Source: Candidatus Altimarinota bacterium (GTDB lineage Bacteria; Patescibacteriota; Gracilibacteria; CAIRYL01; GCA-016699755). From it: a DNA stretch of 64,000 nt. Position numbers and translations under genes: made by a program. This document shows positions 7,345-16,805 of this stretch, one piece after another. The notes below the pieces were generated by a model. The model ran no database searches, was not told the DNA's origin, and saw only the letters and a list, made by a program, of their open reading frames with translations. The stretch spans positions 480,001-544,000 of the forward strand of contig OY760935.1 in the NCBI GenBank assembly GCA_963664295.1. Reading direction: 5' to 3'. Within the stretch, counting starts at the first letter, position 1, and every line of letters starts with the position of its first letter.

Positions 7345-8547
7345 ATGAAAAACAACCAATCTGACACCAAGATTATTGCAACAGAAACTGATGCGGAATC
7401 TGTAGCACGACAGCTTGATCAATTATCAGAAACTGACCAATCCCAAGCTTTAAAATTAATTATTACAAGTCATAAAGATCAAGTATGTTCCTTATTAGAC
7501 TCTGTACCGCAAGAAAGTCCAAAAAAAGAGCTTCCTTCTCTGCATATAAAGGACGACATTATGAATGATGAAGTTGCGAGCATGATAGAAGAATGTTTTA
7601 AAAAAGTAGGGGGCGAAGTAACAAACTTAGGGCTTGACCAATATAACAATCCATTCATAGAAGGTGAAAACCTATGGGTGCCTCAGATAACACAAGGAAG
7701 CATATCGAAAATTACTTTTGTAGAGGGATTGTTAAGAATAGAAGGAGAAGGTCTTCAGCTTGCAAGTCATTATAAAGATCTAGTTGCAGGAGGCGATATT
7801 AAAAGTGTTATGTTTGCATATAATAGAGATACATTATTTGAAGTAAGCGGGACAGAACTTGTTCTTGGTAGCAAATTTGATAAAGCAGTGAAAAATGGAA
7901 AAGTGACTAGACTAGAAAATAGTTCAAAAGAGTATGAGATAACAGGAGATAATATCGAGTTAGATGAAAGATATAAAACCTTTGTTAGAAAAGGAAATCT
8001 TAAAAGTGTTAGATTTAACAAGAGCGACGGCTTGGATTTATCAAGCATTGAAAGCATGGAAGACGATCACATCCAACTTGGAGATATGTACAAAGAACAA
8101 GTAAAAGGCGATATTCATTATGTCGGCTTTCATGAAAAGAAACATGTAATATCAATGTCTATTAATGACGAAAGTCCAACTAGACACAGTTCATATCAAG
8201 CCTTGCATCATGTAAGCGGAAGCCATCTTCTCTTAGGAAACGCTTATCAAAATTGCACAGCCAATATTCCTACTAGAGGAAATATAACCACTTTGTTCTT
8301 TGACGATGATTTGAGTCAAAATCTTACCACGGTATTCATGAAAAATTGGCAAAAGGAAGACTTTTCTGATTATGTTGTTCCCGAAGATGTTGATTCAAAT
8401 AATAGCGTTCTTATTAGGTTTGATGATGATGGAGAAGTTAACACAGTTGAAGCCCATATGCTTTCTGATAATCTAAACCCAAAAAAATTAGAACCAAAAA
8501 AACCTTCAAAAATCTCAAGGCTTTTATCTGCATTCTCCAGGTCCTAA
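7345..8547 (+). CDS. Hypothetical protein with degenerate internal repeats
   Basis: 400-aa ORF; TTGACA at 7295 upstream; recurring IxGxxLxLxxxYKxxVxxGxIxxVxF pattern. Confidence 0.7.
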   Translation: MKNNQSDTKIIATETDAESVARQLDQLSETDQSQALKLIITSHKDQVCSLLDSVPQESPKKELPSLHIKDDIMNDEVASMIEECFKKVGGEVTNLGLDQYNNPFIEGENLWVPQITQGSISKITFVEGLLRIEGEGLQLASHYKDLVAGGDIKSVMFAYNRDTLFEVSGTELVLGSKFDKAVKNGKVTRLENSSKEYEITGDNIELDERYKTFVRKGNLKSVRFNKSDGLDLSSIESMEDDHIQLGDMYKEQVKGDIHYVGFHEKKHVISMSINDESPTRHSSYQALHHVSGSHLLLGNAYQNCTANIPTRGNITTLFFDDDLSQNLTTVFMKNWQKEDFSDYVVPEDVDSNNSVLIRFDDDGEVNTVEAHMLSDNLNPKKLEPKKPSKISRLLSAFSRS

Positions 8548-8609
8548 AAACATCTTAGAAATTCACAAATTTGCAGTAGAAGCGATTATTTCGCCTTTAT
8601 GTACAAATT

Positions 8610-8654
8610 CATTTGAAAAACAATACTGACTTTCATGGTATTGTTTTTTAAATG
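8610..8654 (-). terminator. Hairpin 3' of the duplicated tRNA-Arg 3' end
   Basis: catttgaaaaacaatac...gtattgttttttaaatg, 17-bp arms with 1 mismatch. Confidence 0.55.
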
Positions 8655-8761
8655 GCGTCCCCGACAGGATGCTCATCCGCCTAATCGGCGGATAAGGCCT
8701 TCTGCGCTCGCTCGGAATTTTGCGCAAGCACAAATTCACTCGCTCGCTTGAGTGTCGAACC
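8653..8761 (-). repeat. Duplicated tRNA-Arg 3' end interrupted in the T-loop by an 84-nt palindromic insert
   Basis: tggcgtccccgacaggat (8653-8670) = 8826-8843; tcgaacc resumes at 8755; insert 8671-8754 contains atccgcc-taatc-ggcggat. Confidence 0.8.
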
Positions 8762-8825
8762 AGGTTCTCGGTCCTGTGGAAACATAAAAAACAACCTGAT
8801 GACTGCGTCATCAGAACATTTTTTA

Positions 8826-8902
8826 TGGCGTCCCCGACAGGATTCGAACCTGTGACCTCTGGCTCCGCAAGCCAACGCTCTATCCAGCTAAGCTACGGGG
8901 AC
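8826..8902 (-). tRNA. tRNA-Arg(GCG)
   Basis: GTCCCCGTAGCTTAGCTGGATAGAGCGTTGGCTTGCGGAGCCAGAGGTCACAGGTTCGAATCCTGTCGGGGACGCCA; loop TT-GCG-GA. Confidence 0.95.
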
Positions 8903-8970
8903 ACAACAAAAATAAGCTTGCCTATTCTTACACACTATCAAGGCAATTTCAAGATTAAATAGAAAACAAA

Positions 8971-9582
8971 TTAACTAATCGCATTTTTACAAATTGTTTT
9001 CCAATCATAAGGAAAACGATAATTCTCATTTGCTCTAACAAGTGCTTCATAAGCACTCCAAATGCTCCCTTCTTTAAAAATAAACGCATTACCACTTTCC
9101 TGATTAGGATTGTAGTCATCAAGCACACCTTTTAATGCTGGCGCAATTGGCACTACTCCATATGAAAGTGCATTAGCAATCTCCTGCTCTGTCTCTTTGT
9201 TCAATGTAAAAAATACTACTGCATCAGCAGCAGCATATAGCTTTCTAAGGTTATCTTCATTGTCCTCTAAAACTGTCACTTTTCCCTGGTGTTTATCTGC
9301 AAAATCTACTATTAATTGCTGAAATTTTGCTGTACCTACTCCTTTGATTGCCAATTGAATATCTAAATTTTCTATGCCAGCCAAAAGATCTTCTAATAAT
9401 TCAAAACCATTGTTGTCTGTTAACTCTGTTGTTATTCCAAGAAGTAATGTTTTCTTTTCTGGTATTAGTGAAAATTCTTTCTGAAACTCTTCCTTGTTAA
9501 GACTTTTTTTCTCAATAGTCTTCTTTGAAAACTTACTATAAATCTTGTTATCGTAAGCCGCTGTAGGGAGATTTGGTGTCAT
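8971..9582 (-). CDS. Stand-alone C-terminal half of a glycogen synthase (GlgA-like), degenerate
   Basis: K..LQKEFSL, LYAAADAVVF, ALSYGVVPI, DYNP...GNAFIF, W..I..NA; EPCGL motif absent. Confidence 0.7.
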   Translation of the reverse strand: MTPNLPTAAYDNKIYSKFSKKTIEKKSLNKEEFQKEFSLIPEKKTLLLGITTELTDNNGFELLEDLLAGIENLDIQLAIKGVGTAKFQQLIVDFADKHQGKVTVLEDNEDNLRKLYAAADAVVFFTLNKETEQEIANALSYGVVPIAPALKGVLDDYNPNQESGNAFIFKEGSIWSAYEALVRANENYRFPYDWKTICKNAIS

Positions 9583-9689
9583 TTTTTTGTTTTTAATTTT
9601 AATTTTCCTTATATAATAACATCTTTTATCTCTTTTTTCAATGTAAACCCCTTGCCTAAAATCAATTCTGGTTATTAAATAAATCTTGT

Positions 9690-10610
9690 ATGAATAATAA
9701 AATTTTACTAATTGACGTTTCTAATTTGTTTTATAGGGCTTTTCACGCTATTCCTAAGACTTTGACTTCACCTGAAGGTGAACCTGTTAATGCAGTTTAT
9801 GGAATTTGTTCTGCCTTGCTTACTTTGATAGAAAATAAAAAACCTAATTATATTTTTGCTTTTCGTGATAAAAAAGAAAAAACTTTTCGCCATGAAAAAG
9901 ATGAAAATTATAAATCTCAGCGTCCACCAATGCCTGATGAGCTTGTTTCTCAGCTTAAAAAAATAGCGGAAACTTTGGATGCTTTTGGCTTTCCCGTTCT
10001 TGCTGAGGCTGGCTTTGAAGCTGATGATTGCATTGCTACTGTTGTACACAAATTTTGTTCAGATAAAAATAATGAAATTAATATTCTTTCGTCTGATCAA
10101 GATTTAATGGGTCTCGTCCATGATAATGTTTATATCCTTAAGCCTATTCAAGGTGGCAAGACTGAAAAAATGGATCGCAACAAAATAAAAGAAGCTATTG
10201 GAGTTTATCCAGAACAAATTGCTGATTTTAAGGCTATTGCTGGTGATAATTCTGATAATCTTGCTGGTGTGCCTGGCATTGGCAAAAAGGGAGCAAGTGA
10301 TTTGCTTGCTGAGTTTGGCGATCTGGAAACTATTTTAAATAATATTAATAAAATCACTGGCAGAAAAGGTGAGCTATTAACACAAGAAAAAGACCAAGCA
10401 ATTCACACAAAAAAAATGGTTGAACTTTATACAGAAGTTCCTGGTTGCGATGTTCCTCTTTCAGAAGGTAATATTAACAAAGTTGATTGGGAAAAAGTTC
10501 GTGATCTATTTGAAAAATATGGTTTTAATAGTCTAATTAAGCGACTTAAAAAAATGAACTTAATCTCAGACAAGCCTGTTAATACCGAGGATCAATTAAG
10601 TTTTTTCTAA
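9690..10610 (+). CDS. 5'-3' exonuclease/flap endonuclease (PolA N-terminal-like, stand-alone)
   Basis: LIDVSNLFYRAFHA, FRH...YK.QR, GFEADD.IAT, SSDQDL, GDNSDNLAGVPGIGKK. Confidence 0.9.
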   Translation: MNNKILLIDVSNLFYRAFHAIPKTLTSPEGEPVNAVYGICSALLTLIENKKPNYIFAFRDKKEKTFRHEKDENYKSQRPPMPDELVSQLKKIAETLDAFGFPVLAEAGFEADDCIATVVHKFCSDKNNEINILSSDQDLMGLVHDNVYILKPIQGGKTEKMDRNKIKEAIGVYPEQIADFKAIAGDNSDNLAGVPGIGKKGASDLLAEFGDLETILNNINKITGRKGELLTQEKDQAIHTKKMVELYTEVPGCDVPLSEGNINKVDWEKVRDLFEKYGFNSLIKRLKKMNLISDKPVNTEDQLSFF

Positions 10611-10614
10611 ATTA

Positions 10615-11049
10615 ATGAAACTAGAAATTACTTTTCAAAATCCTAAAGAAAAAGACATTAATACTCAATCTCTTGAGGAATTATTAAATAAAGCTAATAA
10701 ACTACTTGATATACCTGAGGGTATGATCTCTCTTGTATTTACTAATAATCAAGATATTCAAGAACTTAATAAGCAATGGCGAAATAAAAACATGCCTACT
10801 GATGTGCTTTCTTTTTGTGCTCTTGAAGGAGAACAATTTCCTAAAACTGACGAAGGGCAAATTCTAGGTGAAATTTTTATCTCTACAGAAAAAGCTAAGG
10901 AACAAGCAAGAGAAAAAAATCATTCTTTACAAAAAGAAGTGGAAATATTGTTTGTACATGGTATTTTACACATCATTGGATTTACTCATAATACAGATAG
11001 TAATTATAAAAAAATGCACAAATGGGAAAAGAAAATTCTTGAAAATTAA
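10615..11049 (+). CDS. ybeY: rRNA maturation RNase YbeY
   Basis: LNKQWRNKNMPTDVLSF, GEIFIS, HGILHIIGFTH. Confidence 0.95.
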   Translation: MKLEITFQNPKEKDINTQSLEELLNKANKLLDIPEGMISLVFTNNQDIQELNKQWRNKNMPTDVLSFCALEGEQFPKTDEGQILGEIFISTEKAKEQAREKNHSLQKEVEILFVHGILHIIGFTHNTDSNYKKMHKWEKKILEN

Positions 11050-11150
11050 AAACGAAAAACAAAAAATTTGTTCAAAAAAATATTGTATAATTTTAACAAT
11101 TATTTTTTAAAAAAAATAATTGTTTTTTTGGCTTCTAGTAAGCATAAACC

Positions 11151-11159
11151 TGTGGATAA
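11151..11159 (-). promoter_or_regulatory. Consensus DnaA box upstream of ftsA
   Basis: tgtggataa = TTATCCACA on the minus strand, intergenic. Confidence 0.45.
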
Positions 11160-11319
11160 AAAAAGTGAACAAGTGGCTTAAATAAGCCAAAAAAACAATA
11201 AAAAACTTGCATGTGTGTTTTTTTTATGTAAAAATCAGTTAGAAATTTTTTTTAAAAATTCTTAAAAACAAATAATAAAGCAAAAAAACAAAGAATAAAC
11301 TTTTTGTACAACTAAAAAA

Positions 11320-12546
11320 ATGGCTAAAGAAAAAATTATTACCGGTATTGATATTGGCGCTTCAAAAATTAGAACTGTGATTGGCGTCGTTGAACCAGAA
11401 AAAAAAGAACCTCATATTATTGGAGTGGGCATCTCCCCTTCTCTTGGCTTAAGAAAAGGTGCTGTTGTTGATGTTGATGAGGTTATTGCAAATATTTCTG
11501 CCTCTCTTGAGGACGCAGAAAGAATTAGTGGCATTCCTGTTCATCATGTTTTTGTTGGTGTTGGTGGTGCTCACATAGAATCTATAGACTCTCGTGGCGT
11601 TATTGCTATTGGAGGCAAAGAAATCACTGAAGATGATGTAGAAAGAGTTTTAGAAGCAGCCGAGGCTGTTTCTCTTCCTCAAAACAGAAGAATATTAAGA
11701 ATTATTCCAAAAAGCTTTGCTGTTGATGAACAAAAAGGCATTCGCTCACCTATTGGCATGAGCGGTATTCGCCTTGAAGTTGAAGCTCACATTATTACAG
11801 GACAATTACAGTCTGTTGATAATCTTGAAAAATGTATCCATCAAGCTGGTGTGGATATTGATGATTTTGTTCCTTCTTTTTTAGCAGCTGGTGAGGCAGT
11901 GCTTTCTAGGAGACAAAAAGAACTTGGTGTTGTTTCAATAAATATTGGCTCTGATTCTACTTCTCTTGTTGTTTATGAAGATGGCGCAGTTCTTCATTCT
12001 TCTATTATCCCCGTTGGTGGTGCTAGCGTCACCAATGACATTGCTATTGGGCTTAGAAGTTCTGTTGATACTGCTGAAAAAATTAAAATAGAACACGGAA
12101 CTTGTCTTCCTGATGAAGTATCTGAAAGAGAAACTATCGACTTATCACTTGTATCAAAAATAGATAAACAAAAAGTATCAAAAAAACATTTAGCTGAAAT
12201 TATTCAGGCTCGTTATCATGAAATTTTTGTTTTAATTAAAGATGCTTTAAGAGAAATTGGTAGAGATGGTATGTTGCCTGCTGGCGCTATTTTATCTGGT
12301 GCGGCTGTTAAAATGCCTGGAACTACTGAGCTTTCTCGTGAAGTACTTGGTTTGCCTGTACAAATTGGCTTTCCACATGAAGTATCTGGAGTTGTTGATA
12401 AGATAGATGATCCTGCTTTTGCTTCTGCAACAGGGCTTGTGCTCTGGGGATCTCGTTTTGAAGGCAAGAGTTATTCGCTTTCTTTTGCTAATTTTGGAAA
12501 AGCTTTTTCCGCAGTTGGCAATTTTTTCAAAAAATTATTACCCTAA
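11320..12546 (+). CDS. ftsA: Cell division protein FtsA
   Basis: GIDIGASKI, GLRKGAVVD, PIGMSGIRLEVEAHII, VTNDIAIGLR; adjacent to ftsZ. Confidence 0.97.
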   Translation: MAKEKIITGIDIGASKIRTVIGVVEPEKKEPHIIGVGISPSLGLRKGAVVDVDEVIANISASLEDAERISGIPVHHVFVGVGGAHIESIDSRGVIAIGGKEITEDDVERVLEAAEAVSLPQNRRILRIIPKSFAVDEQKGIRSPIGMSGIRLEVEAHIITGQLQSVDNLEKCIHQAGVDIDDFVPSFLAAGEAVLSRRQKELGVVSINIGSDSTSLVVYEDGAVLHSSIIPVGGASVTNDIAIGLRSSVDTAEKIKIEHGTCLPDEVSERETIDLSLVSKIDKQKVSKKHLAEIIQARYHEIFVLIKDALREIGRDGMLPAGAILSGAAVKMPGTTELSREVLGLPVQIGFPHEVSGVVDKIDDPAFASATGLVLWGSRFEGKSYSLSFANFGKAFSAVGNFFKKLLP

Positions 12547-12576
12547 AAAAAGGGATTTACACTTTTTTAAAGAACA

Positions 12577-13746
12577 ATGGCTGATGCAAGCTTAAAATCA
12601 TTTTTTTCCGGCAAAAGACCAGAAAATTCAGGCGCTTCTATGTCTCAAGAAGTTAATCCTGAAATTTCACCTGCTGCTGTTATTCGCGTTTTGGGCGTTG
12701 GTGGCTCAGGAGGCAATGCGGTTAATCGCATGATCGAAGCTGGAATAGAAGGAGTTGAATTTATTGCTATCAATACTGATGCTCAGGCTTTATGGCATTC
12801 TAATGCTGGCAAAAAGATTAATATTGGCAAAGGCACTACAAGAGGTCTTGGCGCTGGTTCTAATCCTGAAACTGGTAAAAAATCAGCTGAAGAATCATCT
12901 GAGGAAATCAGATCTATCCTAGAAGGATCTGATATGGTATTTATTACATGTGGACTTGGAGGTGGCACTGGCACAGGCGGTGCTCCTGTTATTGCTGAAG
13001 TTGCTAGAGAACTAGGCATACTTACTATTGGTGTTGTGACTAGACCTTTCTCATTTGAGGGTGCCCGCAGAAGACAACAATCTTTAGATGGTTTTAATGC
13101 ACTTAAAGACAAAGTTGATACTTTGATTACTATTCCTAATGATAAAATTCTTTCTATTATTGATAAAAAAACACCTTTAACAGAAGCTTTTACTGTTGTT
13201 GATGATGTGCTTAGGCAAGGTGTTCAAGGTATTTCTGAGCTTATAACTACTCATGGTCTTATTAACGTGGACTTTGCTGATGTAAAATCTATTATGCAAA
13301 ATGCTGGCTCTGCTTTAATGGGAATTGGTTTTGGTAGCGGTGAAAACAGAGCGGTTGAGGCTGCTCGTGCTGCTATTGACTCCCCTCTTTTGGAAATGTC
13401 TATCGAAGGAGCCAAAGGAATTCTCTTTAATATAACTGGTGGTAATGATATGTCTATGTTTGAAGTTGATGAAGCTGCAAGAATTATTACAGAAAGTTCC
13501 GACCCTGATGCTAATATCATTTTTGGTGCTGTTGTTAATAACAATTTCACAGGAGAAATTAAAGTCACTGTAATTGCTACTGGCTTTGAAACTGAACTAC
13601 CTGAAAAAACAGAAAGTTCTGGCAATACTGCTGTTAATAGGCTTGGTGGAGCACGCGCTTTTAGTGGTAATCCTCAGCGTAACCAACCTCAATCTGAAGA
13701 AGATCTTGAGGTTCCTGCTTTCATGAGAAAAACACTTAATAAATAA
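12577..13746 (+). CDS. ftsZ: Cell division protein FtsZ
   Basis: [12 protein letters not shown] tubulin signature, INVDFADV, C-terminal LEVPAFMRK. Confidence 0.99.
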   Translation: MADASLKSFFSGKRPENSGASMSQEVNPEISPAAVIRVLGVGGSGGNAVNRMIEAGIEGVEFIAINTDAQALWHSNAGKKINIGKGTTRGLGAGSNPETGKKSAEESSEEIRSILEGSDMVFITCGLGGGTGTGGAPVIAEVARELGILTIGVVTRPFSFEGARRRQQSLDGFNALKDKVDTLITIPNDKILSIIDKKTPLTEAFTVVDDVLRQGVQGISELITTHGLINVDFADVKSIMQNAGSALMGIGFGSGENRAVEAARAAIDSPLLEMSIEGAKGILFNITGGNDMSMFEVDEAARIITESSDPDANIIFGAVVNNNFTGEIKVTVIATGFETELPEKTESSGNTAVNRLGGARAFSGNPQRNQPQSEEDLEVPAFMRKTLNK

Positions 13747-13784
13747 TTAAAACACAAAGTGATTTTTTAAAAAGGACTTAATTA

Positions 13785-14858
13785 TTAGTCCTTTTTATTT
13801 TTCCCAAAAAATAAACTGGCCAAAAAAGTACTAATTGGCACAGCAAAAAGCAAAGAGGTACTACCAACAAGAGTTCTTATTACTTCTTCTGAGATTGCTT
13901 CTGAATTTAAAACAAGCCACCAAGGCAACTGGTCAGCAGAAAAAAGAAGCAAAAGAGGTAAAGAAGCTCCTGCATAAGCCAAGGCTAATGTGTTTATTAA
14001 AGAAAATATATGCTCATTACCAATTTTAAAACCACTCTTGATAAGTTCTTTGGTTCCCAAATTATTGTTGGCTTTTTTGAGTTCATAAATAGCTGTTGTT
14101 TGCGTAGTAGTCACATCATCTAAAACCCCCAAAGCACCAATTAAAATTCCTAAAAACAAAATACCCTGAAAATTAAGCTCTGAAAAAACACCCATCTGTG
14201 CATAAAAAGCACTTTCTGAGCCCATGCCAAACAAAAAGCAAATTTCCACAGCAAAAAAAGCAAAAGCAACAGATAAAATCAAAGTAATTAAAGTACTTAA
14301 AAGCGCAATAAGGGTAGTTTTTTTAAAACCATGAGAAATTAAAATTGAGCTTATTGCCATCAAAGGCAAAGACAAAGCACCTACAAAGAAAGTACTTTTG
14401 CCGTTTGCCACCAAAGGCACAATTAAAAAAACAATAAAAGCAATGGTCACCAAAAGACCAATTAAAGCTTTTAAACCTTTACCTCTAGTTAAAATCAGGG
14501 CAAAAATAACAAAAACTAAAAACACAAAAACAATTCTCGAAAAACGATATCTTTCAGCATAAAAATATTGATAAGTATTATCTTCATTTTTTATTATTTC
14601 AATCACTATCGCGTCTCCTTTTTTTAATATTTTTTCTGATTCTGATTCATAAAAATTACTACCAAGTTCAATAGTGATAATTTTACCTTCGGAACTATTA
14701 GGAGGATAAAGAGCTTTAATTATTTTTCCTTCTTGTGTATCAGCAAGCTCTGTCACTACTGCTTTTTCATAAATACTTGTGTTTTCTGCAAAAACACTAG
14801 GGAAAAAAGCTATTATAAACAATAAGCCCAAAAGAATATTTTTTATATATTTCATCAA
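13785..14858 (-). CDS. YibE/F family membrane protein
   Basis: GALGVLDDVTTTQ, NTLALAYAGASLPLLL, EEVIRTLVGS, VPIST. Confidence 0.9.
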   Translation of the reverse strand: MMKYIKNILLGLLFIIAFFPSVFAENTSIYEKAVVTELADTQEGKIIKALYPPNSSEGKIITIELGSNFYESESEKILKKGDAIVIEIIKNEDNTYQYFYAERYRFSRIVFVFLVFVIFALILTRGKGLKALIGLLVTIAFIVFLIVPLVANGKSTFFVGALSLPLMAISSILISHGFKKTTLIALLSTLITLILSVAFAFFAVEICFLFGMGSESAFYAQMGVFSELNFQGILFLGILIGALGVLDDVTTTQTTAIYELKKANNNLGTKELIKSGFKIGNEHIFSLINTLALAYAGASLPLLLLFSADQLPWWLVLNSEAISEEVIRTLVGSTSLLFAVPISTFLASLFFGKNKKD

Positions 14859-14955
14859 GAACTAACTTTAAGAAAATAAAATAAATTTCACAATAAGCTT
14901 TTTATTGATTTTATTTTAATTTTATTGTATAATATAAAAGAAATAAAAATAAAAT

Positions 14956-15387
14956 ATGAACTTAAATCAATTACCTGCCGGCAAAGAACCGCTTGAGCTA
15001 CCTGCTAGCGAAGAGCATCTAATGCTTCCAGAAGGTCATCTTGAAAACAACTCTGAAATATTCAAGAGTTTTTATCATTTGCTTGTTGCTAATCAATTTT
15101 TACCTATGGCAGACACAAAAGTATCATTAGATCCCAAAAGTAAAATGGTTATAGCGGAACAAGGTGATAAAACTATGCAAATCAACTTAGAGGCTTTACA
15201 AAAAATCGCACCACATATAGCCCAAGTCTGCACAGAAAGAGGATATGTAAAAATAACATATCGAAAAAAAGGCGAAGAAGTACCAAAACACAAAAACATA
15301 ATAAATAAAATAGCAGGACTATTAAATAAAATGGGTATAGCACCACAAGGTCACAAATTAAACCTTACTATTCCTGAAGAAGCTTAA
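14956..15387 (+). CDS. Hypothetical protein
   Basis: 143-aa ORF with an upstream TATAAT. Confidence 0.6.
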   Translation: MNLNQLPAGKEPLELPASEEHLMLPEGHLENNSEIFKSFYHLLVANQFLPMADTKVSLDPKSKMVIAEQGDKTMQINLEALQKIAPHIAQVCTERGYVKITYRKKGEEVPKHKNIINKIAGLLNKMGIAPQGHKLNLTIPEEA

Positions 15388-16739
15388 TTAGAAAACTTTT
15401 CAACAATTTGCGGAGCAAGCCCAAAAAACTGTTCTGGATTGAGTTCAAGTAATCTTTTTTTGTCGTCTTTGTTTATATCAAGACTTTTTATAAACTCTCT
15501 TAGATTTTCAAGAGTAATTTCTTTTCCTCTGGTAAAATCTTTCAATTTTCCATAAGCATCTTCAACTCCATTTTTACGCATAACAGTTTGAATTGCCTCT
15601 CCTAATATTGCTGGACTGTTTTTTAAGTCTTCTAATAATTTTTCTTCATTAACTTCTATTTTGCTTAATCCTTTTGAAAGTTTCCTAAGAGCAATTAATG
15701 TATGTCCAAAAGCAGTGCCAATACTGCGCAAAACAGTAGAATCTGATAAATCTCGCTGAAAACGAGAAATTGGCAACTTAGTTGAAAAATGAATAAAAAG
15801 TGAATTCGCTACACCAAAATTTCCCTCTGCATTTTCAAAATCAATTGGATTTACCTTATGTGGCATAGTGGAGCTACCTGTTTCTGTTGCTACTGCTTTT
15901 TGTTTACAATAATCAAGAGAAATTAGTCCCCATATATCACGAGCAAGATCAGTTAAAATTGTATTCAAACGATAAATAGTGTGAGAAAATTCAGCAATAA
16001 AATCATGCGGTTCAATCTGTGTCACAACGGGGTTCCAAGTTAAGCCAAAACTTTCTACAAACTCTTTAGAAAGCTCAATCCAGTCCACATCAGGAAAAGC
16101 AATAGAATGAGCAGCGAAATTACCAGTTGCACCAGCGAATTTACCTAAATAATCTTGTTTTTTTAGCTGATCTATCTGTCTTTCAAGGCGCAAAACAAAA
16201 ACCAAAAATTCTTTTCCTATTGTAGTTGGAGTGGCTGGTTGACCATGAGTACGAGAAAGCATAGGTATACTTTTCCAATCTTTTGCCATTTTTTTTACTG
16301 TTTCTTTAATTTTTTCAAAATTTGGCACTACCACCTCTTCTATTGATTCTTTAAAAATCAATGACCAGGAAATATTATTAATATCTTCTGAAGTGCATGA
16401 AAAATGTATCCATTCAACAATATCTTTTAATGAAGTTTGTTCTAATTTTTCTTTCAAAAAAAGTTCAACTGCTTTTACATCGTGATTTGTCACTCCTTCT
16501 ATTTCTTTTATTCTTTCTGTATCTTGATCAGAAAAATCTTTAATTATGTTATTTAGTAATTTTTCCTCTTTATCTGTAAATTTTCTTAAAGGAATATCCT
16601 TGCGACCAGAAAGCAAAAAAAGCCACCTAATCTCAACGCCAAGGCGAAAAAAATTAAGAGCTTCTTCAGAGTAATAATCTTTTAATTCTTTTGTATCTGC
16701 TTCATTACGACCATCAACAAGAGATATTGCGTTTTTCAT
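15384..16739 (-). CDS. purB: Adenylosuccinate lyase
   Basis: TNHDVKAVE, TSEDINN, RTHGQPATPTT, GSSTMPHKVNPIDFENAEGN, QRDLSDSTVLR. Confidence 0.97.
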   Translation of the reverse strand: MKNAISLVDGRNEADTKELKDYYSEEALNFFRLGVEIRWLFLLSGRKDIPLRKFTDKEEKLLNNIIKDFSDQDTERIKEIEGVTNHDVKAVELFLKEKLEQTSLKDIVEWIHFSCTSEDINNISWSLIFKESIEEVVVPNFEKIKETVKKMAKDWKSIPMLSRTHGQPATPTTIGKEFLVFVLRLERQIDQLKKQDYLGKFAGATGNFAAHSIAFPDVDWIELSKEFVESFGLTWNPVVTQIEPHDFIAEFSHTIYRLNTILTDLARDIWGLISLDYCKQKAVATETGSSTMPHKVNPIDFENAEGNFGVANSLFIHFSTKLPISRFQRDLSDSTVLRSIGTAFGHTLIALRKLSKGLSKIEVNEEKLLEDLKNSPAILGEAIQTVMRKNGVEDAYGKLKDFTRGKEITLENLREFIKSLDINKDDKKRLLELNPEQFFGLAPQIVEKFSN

Positions 16740-16805
16740 AAAAAAATTATTTAAAAATTAGTTTTTATTATAAATAATTATCCATAAAAAACAACAAAAA
16801 TTGCT

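Noticed and set aside
8653-8843. attL/attR of an integrated prophage or island
   Set aside because: The two copies are only 173 bp apart with no integrase or cargo; kept as a palindromic insert or scar instead
8563-8962. ORFs 8563-8811, 8681-8875 and 8720-8962
   Set aside because: They overlap the tRNA-Arg and GC-rich palindromes, so they are spurious open frames
9690-10610. Truncated polA pseudogene
   Set aside because: Ends cleanly (QLSFF*) 4 nt before ybeY; stand-alone 5'-3' exonucleases are a known class
12216-13625. Antisense ORFs within ftsA/ftsZ (and similar ones inside thrS, obgE, purF, hppA and others)
   Set aside because: Shadow frames of well-conserved genes with no independent signals
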